Source: an uncultured Anaerolineaceae bacterium
GTDB lineage: Bacteria > Chloroflexota > Dehalococcoidia > Tepidiformales > Tepidiformaceae
Assembly (NCBI GenBank): GCA_964475735.1
Contig: CAYYYI010000003.1
Coordinates: forward strand, 10,923 to 54,098
Length of the DNA: 43,176 nt
Direction of reading: 5' to 3'
The first letter of the stretch is position 1; every line of letters starts with the position of its first letter. Under the pieces are notes generated by a model, which searched no databases, was not told the DNA's origin, and worked only from the letters and a program-made list of their open reading frames with translations. The translations under genes and the position numbers were made by a program. Shown here piece after piece: positions 26,314 to 35,663 of the stretch.

Positions 26314-26322
26314 GTGCGAAGC

Positions 26323-27222
26323 CTACTCGATGTTCATGAGCTGAAGTACGGCCGGGCCGCCAATCACCACCATGATCGCCGGGAAGATGAAGAACACCAG
26401 CGGGAAGACCATCTTGATGGGCGCCTTGAAGGCTGCTTCTTCGGCCTTCTGCCGCCGCTTGGTGCGCATGACGCCGGTCTGGACCCGGATCACAGTGCCG
26501 ATGGAGATACCCATCTGTTCCGCCTGGACGATGGCGTTGACAAGCGATCGGAGCTCATCGACGCCGGTGCGGCTGGCCATGTCCTGGAATGCCTCGCGGC
26601 GCGAGCGCCCCATGGTGATCTCACGCATGGTTCGGGTGAGCTCGTCTGCGAAGGGACCTTGAACCTTCTCGATGACGCGCGTGAAGGCGGCGTCAATGCC
26701 GAGGCCGGCTTCAACGGAGGCGGTGATGAGATCGAAGGCATCGGGCAGGGCCCGCCAGATTGCCTTCTGGCGCTTCTTGATCCTGGATCCGAGCCAAAGG
26801 CGCGGGCCGTAAAGACCAAGGACGACCAGGACGCCCCAGCCAATGAGGACATTCTGCGCCGGCGTCCCCGTGCTGAGCAGAAAGACTGCCGCCAGGACCG
26901 GGAACAAGCCACCCGCCAGGGCGACGATTACCAGGAACTGTCCCGGCGTAAGCTTGAGGCCCGCCTGAAGAATGGAGAGCTCGAGCCGTTCGGATATTGA
27001 CGATGGCAGCACGGAGTTGGCGCGGCGGCTGATGTTGCGAACCAGCGGCCGCAGAACACGCACGGAGAATGCTGCGTCAGCATCGGGGAGGACTTCGCGG
27101 CGGCGCTGGTAGCGCAGGCCGCCAAGGCGCACGTCCATGGCGCTGGACTCGGAACGGGCGAGCAGGCCGTAGGCGGCGAGCGTCACCGAAACGAAGGTCG
27201 CAAGGGCAATCATCAACGCCAT
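26323..27222 (-). CDS. tadC: Tad pilus inner-membrane platform protein TadC (T2SS F-domain)
   Basis: The 299-aa protein has an N-terminal TM and a T2SSF-type cytoplasmic helical domain (LPDAFDLITASVEAGLGIDAAF...REITMGRSRREAFQDMA). C-terminal TMs follow. Confidence 0.85.
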   Translation of the reverse strand: MALMIALATFVSVTLAAYGLLARSESSAMDVRLGGLRYQRRREVLPDADAAFSVRVLRPLVRNISRRANSVLPSSISERLELSILQAGLKLTPGQFLVIVALAGGLFPVLAAVFLLSTGTPAQNVLIGWGVLVVLGLYGPRLWLGSRIKKRQKAIWRALPDAFDLITASVEAGLGIDAAFTRVIEKVQGPFADELTRTMREITMGRSRREAFQDMASRTGVDELRSLVNAIVQAEQMGISIGTVIRVQTGVMRTKRRQKAEEAAFKAPIKMVFPLVFFIFPAIMVVIGGPAVLQLMNIE

Positions 27223-27226
27223 CTCA

Positions 27227-28192
27227 TCAGACCTCGATGTTCACGATCTTGCGAATGACGAGGAATCCGAAGACTTCCATCGTGCCCGCCGCGCCAAGCA
27301 TCATCCGGCCGGTTGGATCGGTGAAGAGACGGCCGGTGAATTCCGGGCTGATCATCATGAAGATCAGCAGGAGACCAATCGGGATACCGCCAATAACGAA
27401 GCCCGTCATCCGTTGCTGCGATGTGAGGGTGCGGATTTCGCCGCGGATGCGCTCACGTTCGCGCATGGTGTGCGCCACGTTGTCCAGGATCTCGGCAAGG
27501 TTTCCGCCAACTGACCGCTGAATGAGCATCGCGGTGATGACGATGTCGAAGTCCGAGCTGCCGACACGTTCATTGAGGGCCGTAAGTGCCTGTTCCACGC
27601 TGGCGCCGATGGCGATGTCGCGGAGCGTGCGCCTGAGCTCAACGGAGAGGGGGTCGGGCAGTTGCTCGGCCGAGGTCTCAAGCGCCTGGAGGAGGCCGAA
27701 GCCGGCGCGAAGCCCGCTGGCAATCATCTGGAGCATTTCCACGACCTGACTTTCGAGCTTGCGGCGCCGTGACGAGATCCGCCTGTTCAACCAGAACCCG
27801 GCGGAAAGGTAGCCGAACAGCGCCGTGGCAACCGCCAGCGCTGGCCACGGCAGGAGCAGCATTCCCATGGCGCCCGCCGCCAGACCAATGATGAGTCTCA
27901 GGATGAAGTACTCCCGTACGTTGAGGGTGAGACCGGCGCGCTCGAGTTGCACCGACCACTTCTGGGAGATGTTGGCCGAAACCAGGTTCACCCCGGCGAG
28001 GCTGATTCCCCCGCGCTTGCGAAGGTTGACGGACTCGGCTTGCTGAGCAGGCAGGTGGGCTCCCGCATCACGCAGCCTTGTCAGCCGGCCCGTGGCATCG
28101 GCCGAAACCGCGCCGAACCCGGTCAGCCACAGCGTGACAGTGAACGCAAACGCACCGGTTGTCACAGCCGCCAGCAGCAGCATCAGAGTCAT
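27227..28192 (-). CDS. tadB: Tad pilus inner-membrane platform protein TadB (T2SS F-domain)
   Basis: It has a T2SSF domain (VVEMLQMIASGLRAGFGLLQALE...LRDIAIGASVEQAL) and flanking TMs. I placed the start at ATG 28192 (MTLMLLLAAV), 1 nt after the tadA stop. The longer track ORF overlaps tadA. Confidence 0.85.
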   Translation of the reverse strand: MTLMLLLAAVTTGAFAFTVTLWLTGFGAVSADATGRLTRLRDAGAHLPAQQAESVNLRKRGGISLAGVNLVSANISQKWSVQLERAGLTLNVREYFILRLIIGLAAGAMGMLLLPWPALAVATALFGYLSAGFWLNRRISSRRRKLESQVVEMLQMIASGLRAGFGLLQALETSAEQLPDPLSVELRRTLRDIAIGASVEQALTALNERVGSSDFDIVITAMLIQRSVGGNLAEILDNVAHTMRERERIRGEIRTLTSQQRMTGFVIGGIPIGLLLIFMMISPEFTGRLFTDPTGRMMLGAAGTMEVFGFLVIRKIVNIEV

Positions 28193-28193
28193 C

Positions 28194-29861
<1,668 letters not shown>

Positions 29862-29888
29862 GATTGACTATCCTTCCCGGGTGCTCGC

Positions 29889-31115
29889 CTAGGCCGACTT
29901 CCGGAACAGCGGCCGGAGGATCCTTGCGAAACCTCCGCCGCCAGCCTTGTGGCCGTTGGACCGGTTGCGCACGCCGGCGAGAGAGCGCGCTATGTCCCGG
30001 ATCTCGATTGAGACTTTGCTGTTCGGGCGGCTCATGACGATCGGCCGGCCAAGTTGCGCCGACTTCACGACTTCGTTGTCCTGGGGGATACGCCTCCAGA
30101 GTGGCGAATCGAGAGTTCGCTCGACATCGCTTTCCCTGACGCCGGTATCCATCCCGGCGCGGTTGAGCACGACCTTCACGCGCTCCTCATCGTTTCCAAA
30201 GCGCTCGTGAAGCATCTCCAGGGCAAGCACCGTGTCCTTGATGCTGGCCATGTCGAGCGTTGTGATGAGGAGGATCATCGTGCCCACTTCGATTGCCGCA
30301 GCCACGATCTCGTTGAATGTGCCCGGCGTATCGAGGATGACGAAGTCGTGTGTCTGAGCCAGCACGTCGACGACATCGCGGATGTGCTGAGCATGAAGAT
30401 TGCGCCAATCGCTGGGGCGGGTCGGTGCGGGGAGGATGTTCACGCCCGACTCATGCCGCACGAGGTAGTCTTTGAGGGAGTTGCGGTCGACGTTGTCGAG
30501 GTTTCGCGCGAGATCGGCGATGGAACGTTCGACTGGAATGTCCATGGTGATGGCAACATCCCCGAAGCGCGTGTCCATATCGACGAGCGCAACTGTCTGA
30601 TGCGCTTCCATGGAGAGCGCGACGGCGAGGTTGGAGGCGATCGTTGTCTTGCCGATGCCGCCCTTGGCGCCAAAGATGGTGATGATGGTTCCCTGTGGAA
30701 CGGGGGCCTCGAGTTCTCCGCTGCGCCGCAGTTGCTCCCTTTCCTTGCGCTCCAGAACACGCATAATCGAGGACTCAAGCTCCTCTTCGGACAGCGGTTC
30801 CTGGAGGTAGTCGGAAGCTCCCGAGACCATCGACTGGCGCATAAGGCGGATGTTCGCTTCCGAGGAGTAAACGATAATCGGGAGATCGGGCAGGCCATCG
30901 GTAAGGCGTGCGAGCGTTTGCACGGGGCGAACCAGGGGCTCCTCAATCCGCATTAGCACGAGGTCAGGCTTCATCTGGAAGGCCAAAGTGAAGGCCTCCA
31001 CCCCATAGCTGGCGCTCGCAATGACGGCGAGCCCAAGCATGTTGAGCATCTTCTGAACCTCCGCCGCGCTTTCGCGGTCTGGGTCCACCACAATCACCTG
31101 CGGCACCCTCGCCAT
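29889..31115 (-). CDS. tadZ: TadZ/CpaE: atypical receiver domain + MinD/ParA-type ATPase
   Basis: The N-terminal REC-like fold has Arg in place of the phospho-acceptor Asp (DLVLMRIEEP). A deviant Walker A follows (FGAKGGIGKTTIASNLA). I placed the start at ATG 31115, with GGAGGA 7 nt upstream. Confidence 0.88.
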   Translation of the reverse strand: MARVPQVIVVDPDRESAAEVQKMLNMLGLAVIASASYGVEAFTLAFQMKPDLVLMRIEEPLVRPVQTLARLTDGLPDLPIIVYSSEANIRLMRQSMVSGASDYLQEPLSEEELESSIMRVLERKEREQLRRSGELEAPVPQGTIITIFGAKGGIGKTTIASNLAVALSMEAHQTVALVDMDTRFGDVAITMDIPVERSIADLARNLDNVDRNSLKDYLVRHESGVNILPAPTRPSDWRNLHAQHIRDVVDVLAQTHDFVILDTPGTFNEIVAAAIEVGTMILLITTLDMASIKDTVLALEMLHERFGNDEERVKVVLNRAGMDTGVRESDVERTLDSPLWRRIPQDNEVVKSAQLGRPIVMSRPNSKVSIEIRDIARSLAGVRNRSNGHKAGGGGFARILRPLFRKSA

Positions 31116-31229
31116 TGAATGTTCCTCCACCGTCTTTGCCTCCCGGGACCACCGGGGGCCTTCGTGACTCTGCGGGCTTTCGCTCCCTGCACGGGAGCGA
31201 GAACCCGCCCGTTTGCGGTTCTGTCCCGT

Positions 31230-32153
31230 CTACTTCTTCTTCAGCCCTGCCAGCACGTCGTCGAGGCTCCACGAAGTCGCGCCACTCAGCTTCGAGCCAT
31301 CGCCTTTCTGGCGCGGCATCAGGCGGTACTGGGCAACGTCGTCCTTAATGGCGTCCACGATTGCCATCCCCGCGGCAAGCTCCGGGGGCAGGGCGAGCGT
31401 GACGGAAATGGCCTTCTCGTAAGTGTCTGCATCTTTAAGGGGGTCACCGGAAGCGACAGGCGCCGAGGCGCCGGGTGTGCCAGTTGCCGCACCGGTATCA
31501 CCGGCCGTTGCGTCGTCGGCGGGCTTCTTTGCATCAAGATTCGGAATAGTCTTCACGAGCACCTGGGACATCGCCAGGATCTCGACGTCTTCGGCTATGA
31601 CCGCGCCAGTGATCTTCGGCTTCTCTTCGCCGGTGAGCGGGTCGACCTCGGTCAACGTCAGGATTGCGAGGACATCCACGCGGTCTCCGGGCTGGATAAG
31701 GCCAGCTGCGATCCAGGCTTCGTGGGGAACCTGAATGGAAATAGCCCGCATGCCATCGGGGACCTTGTAGGCAATGGCGTTCTGCCCATCGAACGATGTC
31801 ACCTTCGCGAGCAGCACCTGTTCGCCAGCGAAGAGGGGGGTGGTTGCAACCTTCCCGACGAGGTCATCGGCGCTGGCAGAGCCGCCAGCGAGCAGCAGGC
31901 TCCTTGGCAGCGTGCGCGTGGTGAGCATGTCGGCGGTTATCTTCTCGCCCACGTTCACGTTTCGAGTCATCACAACCACGGACTCAGCGCCCTCTGTTGG
32001 GCTGAGCGCTTCATCGGCGCTATCGCCCCCGCCCTGGCCGCTCAAGAACGCGAAGACGAGCACGGCGCTCAGCAGGCCAAACACGGCCGCGAGCATCAAC
32101 ACCGCGCGATTTCGCGATGAATTCCCCGCCACTGCTGCAATAGAACGTGCCAT
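31230..32153 (-). CDS. cpaB: Flp pilus assembly protein CpaB/RcpC (SAF domain)
   Basis: An N-terminal TM (AVLMLAAVFGLLSAVLVFAFL) is followed by a SAF-like segment (VVVMTRNVNVGEKITADML) and beta-rich repeats. I placed the start at ATG 32153, with GGGGAGGA 8 nt upstream. Confidence 0.82.
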   Translation of the reverse strand: MARSIAAVAGNSSRNRAVLMLAAVFGLLSAVLVFAFLSGQGGGDSADEALSPTEGAESVVVMTRNVNVGEKITADMLTTRTLPRSLLLAGGSASADDLVGKVATTPLFAGEQVLLAKVTSFDGQNAIAYKVPDGMRAISIQVPHEAWIAAGLIQPGDRVDVLAILTLTEVDPLTGEEKPKITGAVIAEDVEILAMSQVLVKTIPNLDAKKPADDATAGDTGAATGTPGASAPVASGDPLKDADTYEKAISVTLALPPELAAGMAIVDAIKDDVAQYRLMPRQKGDGSKLSGATSWSLDDVLAGLKKK

Positions 32154-32244
32154 AGTTCTGGTCCTCCCCTTGGAATATCGGCGCGGGAATGGCCCCGCCA
32201 CAGGTCGCAGTTGGAACTGATTCCGGGGCGCCTGCGCAGACGGC

Positions 32245-32269
32245 GAAGGGGGCCAAATCGGCCCCCTTC
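32245..32269 (-). other. Intercistronic GC hairpin between tadG-like gene and cpaB
   Basis: GAAGGGGGCC-aaatc-GGCCCCCTTC forms a perfect 10-bp stem. There is no U-tract on either strand. Confidence 0.5.
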
Positions 32270-32296
32270 CGGATACGGCGGCGCCGGGCCCTCCGG

Positions 32297-33826
32297 TTAC
32301 CTGACCAGGGCGATGTGCGTTTGGGCCGCAATCGCCTCGAAGGCCTCATCCAGGTCAGCAGTGCTGGGCGCTTTGTAATATGCGCCCCCGCCGGCCTGGG
32401 CTATGTCTTCCAAAATGCAGTCGAGTACACCGTCGCCAAGGCCGATGGTGTACACCGTGATGTCAGATGCCTTCGCCACTGCCGCCTGACTTATCGCATC
32501 GGTGATCGCAGGCGACGAAGCCGGGCAGGATGACGGAGACGAGTGGCTCACGGTGGAGCAACTGGACGAGTTGTAGCCGTTACTGCAGGTGACGTTTGGG
32601 ATACCGTCGGTGAGGATGACCAGGACGCGCACCGCGTTCGCGCGCTTGCCTGATCCATCGAGAATTTGCCGTCCCATCCCGATCCCGTGGGCGATGTTCG
32701 TGGAACCCGTGGGGTAGAGGATGCTATCCATGGATGAGCGCACGGTGGTGAAGCCATTCGTGAGCGACTGCCGGTTGGTGGCCCGCGTCGAATAGGAAGC
32801 CACACCGATCTTGTCGTAGGCCGGATCGAACAGCGTGGTGAAGTACTGGGCGTTTGAAATGGCGGAGTCGAACGGCTGGTGGGGGCCGTTCTGGGTCGTA
32901 GTGGCCTGGTAGTAGCTGGCCTGGTTGCAGTAGTCGCTCGTGCTGCTGTAGCCCGTGCGGTTGGCCCAAACCTCGGCATTCACAGAGTGCGCCTGCTGTG
33001 GCGATGCCACTCCCGTGGAGTTGTTCGTGCGCGCCCGGCTGACCGTTAGCTCGTTCTGAGCGGCATTCACCCCCGTGATCTGGAAAATCTCCTGATCGAT
33101 CATGATGATCCCCGCTCGCAAGCCGGACCGCGAGCGCTGCCAGTACGGAGTCGACGAATTCCACGACGTGCCGAAGTTGCTGCGATTGGTGGATGAGCTG
33201 GTGCTGGTGAAGATGCGCACGTCGTTGAGCGTGATGACGACGCCTGTCACGGGGCCACCGGAAGGGATGGCCTGCGCGAGCTTCGGGAAGGCGAATCCTC
33301 CCGCCGGCGTCAGACGCCCGGGGCTCATGCGGTACGATGAGCCGCTTTCCGTCTGCGGATACGAGTCAAAGCACATCGAGCCGGAGGTGTCGAGGACGAC
33401 GGCAATATCGAGCACCTGAGACTCGGCATCGCCTTCGGCCCAGACGTGCCAGTGGTCGAGCCCGAAGATACGGGCGAACCAGGTAGGGATGTCGGCATCG
33501 GCCCGGACCCGGATGGTCTTGTTGCCGGGCGGGTAGCTCACCGCGAGCTGGACGTTATCTCCCTGGCTGCGAATGAAACCGCTGTTGGCGGTCCAGTACT
33601 CGGTCGCCTTCGAGGCGGCATCGGTCTCGCTGGGCATGCTTTGCGCAGCGGCAAGCGCGGCGGCATCGACGGCGGCCTGCATCTGTGTCCGTGCCCAGAC
33701 ATAGCGGCCAACGTCGACACTGATAGCCACAAGGCCCAGGAAAAAAATGAGCCCGGCAGCGAAAAGCACCAGGGTGGCGCCGGACTCAGAGTCGCCCGCA
33801 GGGCGAATGCGCAGCATTCCAGACAT
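32297..33826 (-). CDS. TadG-like pseudopilin/adhesin with von Willebrand factor A domain
   Basis: The N-terminus is TadE/G-like (GATLVLFAAGLIFFLGLVAISVDVGRY). The vWA MIDAS elements are VLDTSGSM, GSTNI and ILTDG. An AAGGAG SD is present. Confidence 0.8.
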   Translation of the reverse strand: MSGMLRIRPAGDSESGATLVLFAAGLIFFLGLVAISVDVGRYVWARTQMQAAVDAAALAAAQSMPSETDAASKATEYWTANSGFIRSQGDNVQLAVSYPPGNKTIRVRADADIPTWFARIFGLDHWHVWAEGDAESQVLDIAVVLDTSGSMCFDSYPQTESGSSYRMSPGRLTPAGGFAFPKLAQAIPSGGPVTGVVITLNDVRIFTSTSSSTNRSNFGTSWNSSTPYWQRSRSGLRAGIIMIDQEIFQITGVNAAQNELTVSRARTNNSTGVASPQQAHSVNAEVWANRTGYSSTSDYCNQASYYQATTTQNGPHQPFDSAISNAQYFTTLFDPAYDKIGVASYSTRATNRQSLTNGFTTVRSSMDSILYPTGSTNIAHGIGMGRQILDGSGKRANAVRVLVILTDGIPNVTCSNGYNSSSCSTVSHSSPSSCPASSPAITDAISQAAVAKASDITVYTIGLGDGVLDCILEDIAQAGGGAYYKAPSTADLDEAFEAIAAQTHIALVR

Positions 33827-33865
33827 CGCTGCATCTCCTTGCTGTTGCCGCGGTCGTGCGCGCTC

Positions 33866-34330
33866 TTATTCGAGGCGCATCGATGCGGTGCTGGTTATCG
33901 TCGGCGCGTTGAGTGTCCCCCCACTGACCAGGTTGAGGATGTCCCCGATGGGCGTGACGAAGCCAAAGTCGTAGCTAAGGTCCACTACGATCGGTTGTCC
34001 CCGTGGCCCCTGCACGTTGGTTACGGTGATCGTCAGGTCTGCCGTGTCGAGGCCCGAGGCGCTATCGAGGATTCTCTGCTGGATATCGGTCAGCGGCTTC
34101 TGGGTTGCGCCGACGCGAGCCCCTTCGCGCGCGGCATTCGTGACCACCAGCCACGTGTAAAAGCCCCTGCCAAAGTCGACCAGCGCAAACAGCATGAGGA
34201 GCATGACTGGCAGCACAAGCGCGAACTCAACCAGCGCCTGGCCGGTATCGGTCCTGCGGAGGCGCTGAAGCAGCCCGCGGTGGCCGCGCCGGCGGTCAAC
34301 TTCACTGCTTTCGGACTGGTTCGTGCTCAT
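33866..34330 (-). CDS. tadE: TadE-like pseudopilin
   Basis: It has a prepilin-like GQALVEFALVLPVMLLMLFALVDFGR motif (TadE family, Glu at +5). The length is 154 aa. Confidence 0.82.
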   Translation of the reverse strand: MSTNQSESSEVDRRRGHRGLLQRLRRTDTGQALVEFALVLPVMLLMLFALVDFGRGFYTWLVVTNAAREGARVGATQKPLTDIQQRILDSASGLDTADLTITVTNVQGPRGQPIVVDLSYDFGFVTPIGDILNLVSGGTLNAPTITSTASMRLE

Positions 34331-34378
34331 TCCGTTTTTCCACGTCCGCCCCGGGTGCTCTCATGATCCGGAAACGAT

Positions 34379-34418
34379 GAGCGGGGTGGGGCCGATGGTG
34401 ATCGTCCCCACCCCGCTC
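34379..34418 (-). terminator. Strong stem-loop immediately downstream of flp (attenuator/partial terminator or mRNA stabiliser)
   Basis: GAGCGGGGTGGGG ... CCCCACCCCGCTC forms a perfect 13-bp stem, plus an inner 4-bp CGAT/ATCG extension. On the transcript it is followed by AUCGUUUCC. It lies in the 105-nt flp-tadE spacer. Confidence 0.6.
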
Positions 34419-34435
34419 GGTCTGTGTTGGCTGCC

Positions 34436-34621
34436 TTAGAGGGCGGCGTTGATCGCATCGAGCTTGGCGTCGATGCTCGTGCCCAGCAGGGTGAGAGCGG
34501 CGATGCAGACGACGGCGATGAGCGCGAGGATCAGGCCGTACTCGGCGAGACCCTGGCCCTCTTCGTCGCGGTGGGTGAGCTGGATGTACTTCTTCGCAGC
34601 CCAGTTCTGAAGCTTCGACAT
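34436..34621 (-). CDS. flp: Flp family type IVb pilin (major Tad pilin)
   Basis: The 61-aa prepilin has the Flp motif G/QGLAEYGLILALIAVV (Glu +5, Tyr +6) after a 22-aa charged leader, then a hydrophobic helix. Confidence 0.88.
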   Translation of the reverse strand: MSKLQNWAAKKYIQLTHRDEEGQGLAEYGLILALIAVVCIAALTLLGTSIDAKLDAINAAL

Positions 34622-35048
34622 GGTTGGTTCCTACCTCTTCCTTTTTTCGGGTTGTTCCCGTGGTGTTGCTACCGCCGGCGTTGCGTTCGGGCCTCCCCGG
34701 CCAGCGTTCCTGCCATGGCCCCTTCCGCTTGCAGGAGCCCGGCCTGGCTATGCTGGCCATTACCCCGCGTCCCTTCCCCTCGAACCCCTTGGGCAGGGGT
34801 GGCCTTCGAAGGTTCGGACCGCCCGGGTCCGGCCGCTCCACCGACTGGAGCTACTAGCAGAGTCGTCCGCGCCAAAGCACCCTAAAGGCCTATCACCCGC
34901 TGTTCACGGAATTTCTCCCGCGGAAGGCGGACTGAGCCAGTGGGCGTTCCTGCCGAATCTAACTGTGAGTGGACATGGCATTCACCTGGAACCGCCCGCG
35001 AGGAGCAAAGTGCAGTTAGCACAACCGGACACAGCAACCAGCTTCGGG

Positions 35049-35663
35049 ATGAAGAGACGCCTGGGCAGCTACGGCTCATTCGCACAGGACGCCGTGCTGA
35101 TCCTGGTCGCGTCCTTCTTCTTCTATATCCACATCGAACGCATGCTGGCCCATGGCGTCTTCACCAGCGCGCCGTTTGCCATCGAACAGGGACTTCTGGT
35201 TGGCCTCTTCCTGACGCGGCGGCGTGCCAGGGCGACTTCGAAGCGCCTGATCGACTGGGTGGCTGCTGTGGGAGGATGGCTGCCCTTCGCCTTCATGCCG
35301 GCCGATAACATTGCCCGATGGCTGGCGACTTCGGGAACGGCGGTGCAGATGGTTGGCTTGTCCCTGACAATCGTGTGCTTCATGGCGCTTGGCAGGAGCT
35401 TCGGAATTGTCGCGGCGAACCGCGGCCTCAAGGTGAATGGACCGTACCGGATCGTCCGGCATCCCATCTACTTCGCCCACGTAGTGACAATGACGGGCTT
35501 TGTCATCGCCAACCTTCACGCCTACAACGTCGCACTCTTCGCGATCATCATGGCGTTCCAGGTGTACCGCATGAATGCCGAGGAGCGCGTCCTTACAGAG
35601 ACAGGCGACTACGCGCAGTACGCCAGCCGGGTGCGCTGGCGGCTCATCCCCGGCGTGTACTAG
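35049..35663 (+). CDS. Isoprenylcysteine carboxyl methyltransferase (ICMT)/phospholipid methyltransferase family membrane protein
   Basis: Several TMs are followed by the C-terminal signature GPYRIVRHPIYFAHVV...YRMNAEERVL. I placed the start at ATG 35049. The 143 codons upstream in the track ORF look non-coding (Pro/Gly/Ala/Leu junk, antisense to the flp leader). Confidence 0.78.
   Translation: MKRRLGSYGSFAQDAVLILVASFFFYIHIERMLAHGVFTSAPFAIEQGLLVGLFLTRRRARATSKRLIDWVAAVGGWLPFAFMPADNIARWLATSGTAVQMVGLSLTIVCFMALGRSFGIVAANRGLKVNGPYRIVRHPIYFAHVVTMTGFVIANLHAYNVALFAIIMAFQVYRMNAEERVLTETGDYAQYASRVRWRLIPGVY

Noticed and set aside
34700-34800. GGGACGCGGGG...GCCAGGCCGGGC on the flp strand, which looks faintly like the GEMM-I c-di-GMP riboswitch core.
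   Set aside because: The conserved GEMM tetraloop/receptor and the ACGCACAGGGCAAACC half are absent. The similarity is limited to a few GC-rich bases.
34620-35048. N-terminal 143 codons of the track ORF 34620-35663, which would make a 347-aa methyltransferase overlapping the flp start.
   Set aside because: The translation is low-complexity P/G/A/L with no TM helix or motif. The ICMT-family homology only begins after ATG 35049. The segment is better explained as the flp leader or promoter region read in an open GC frame.
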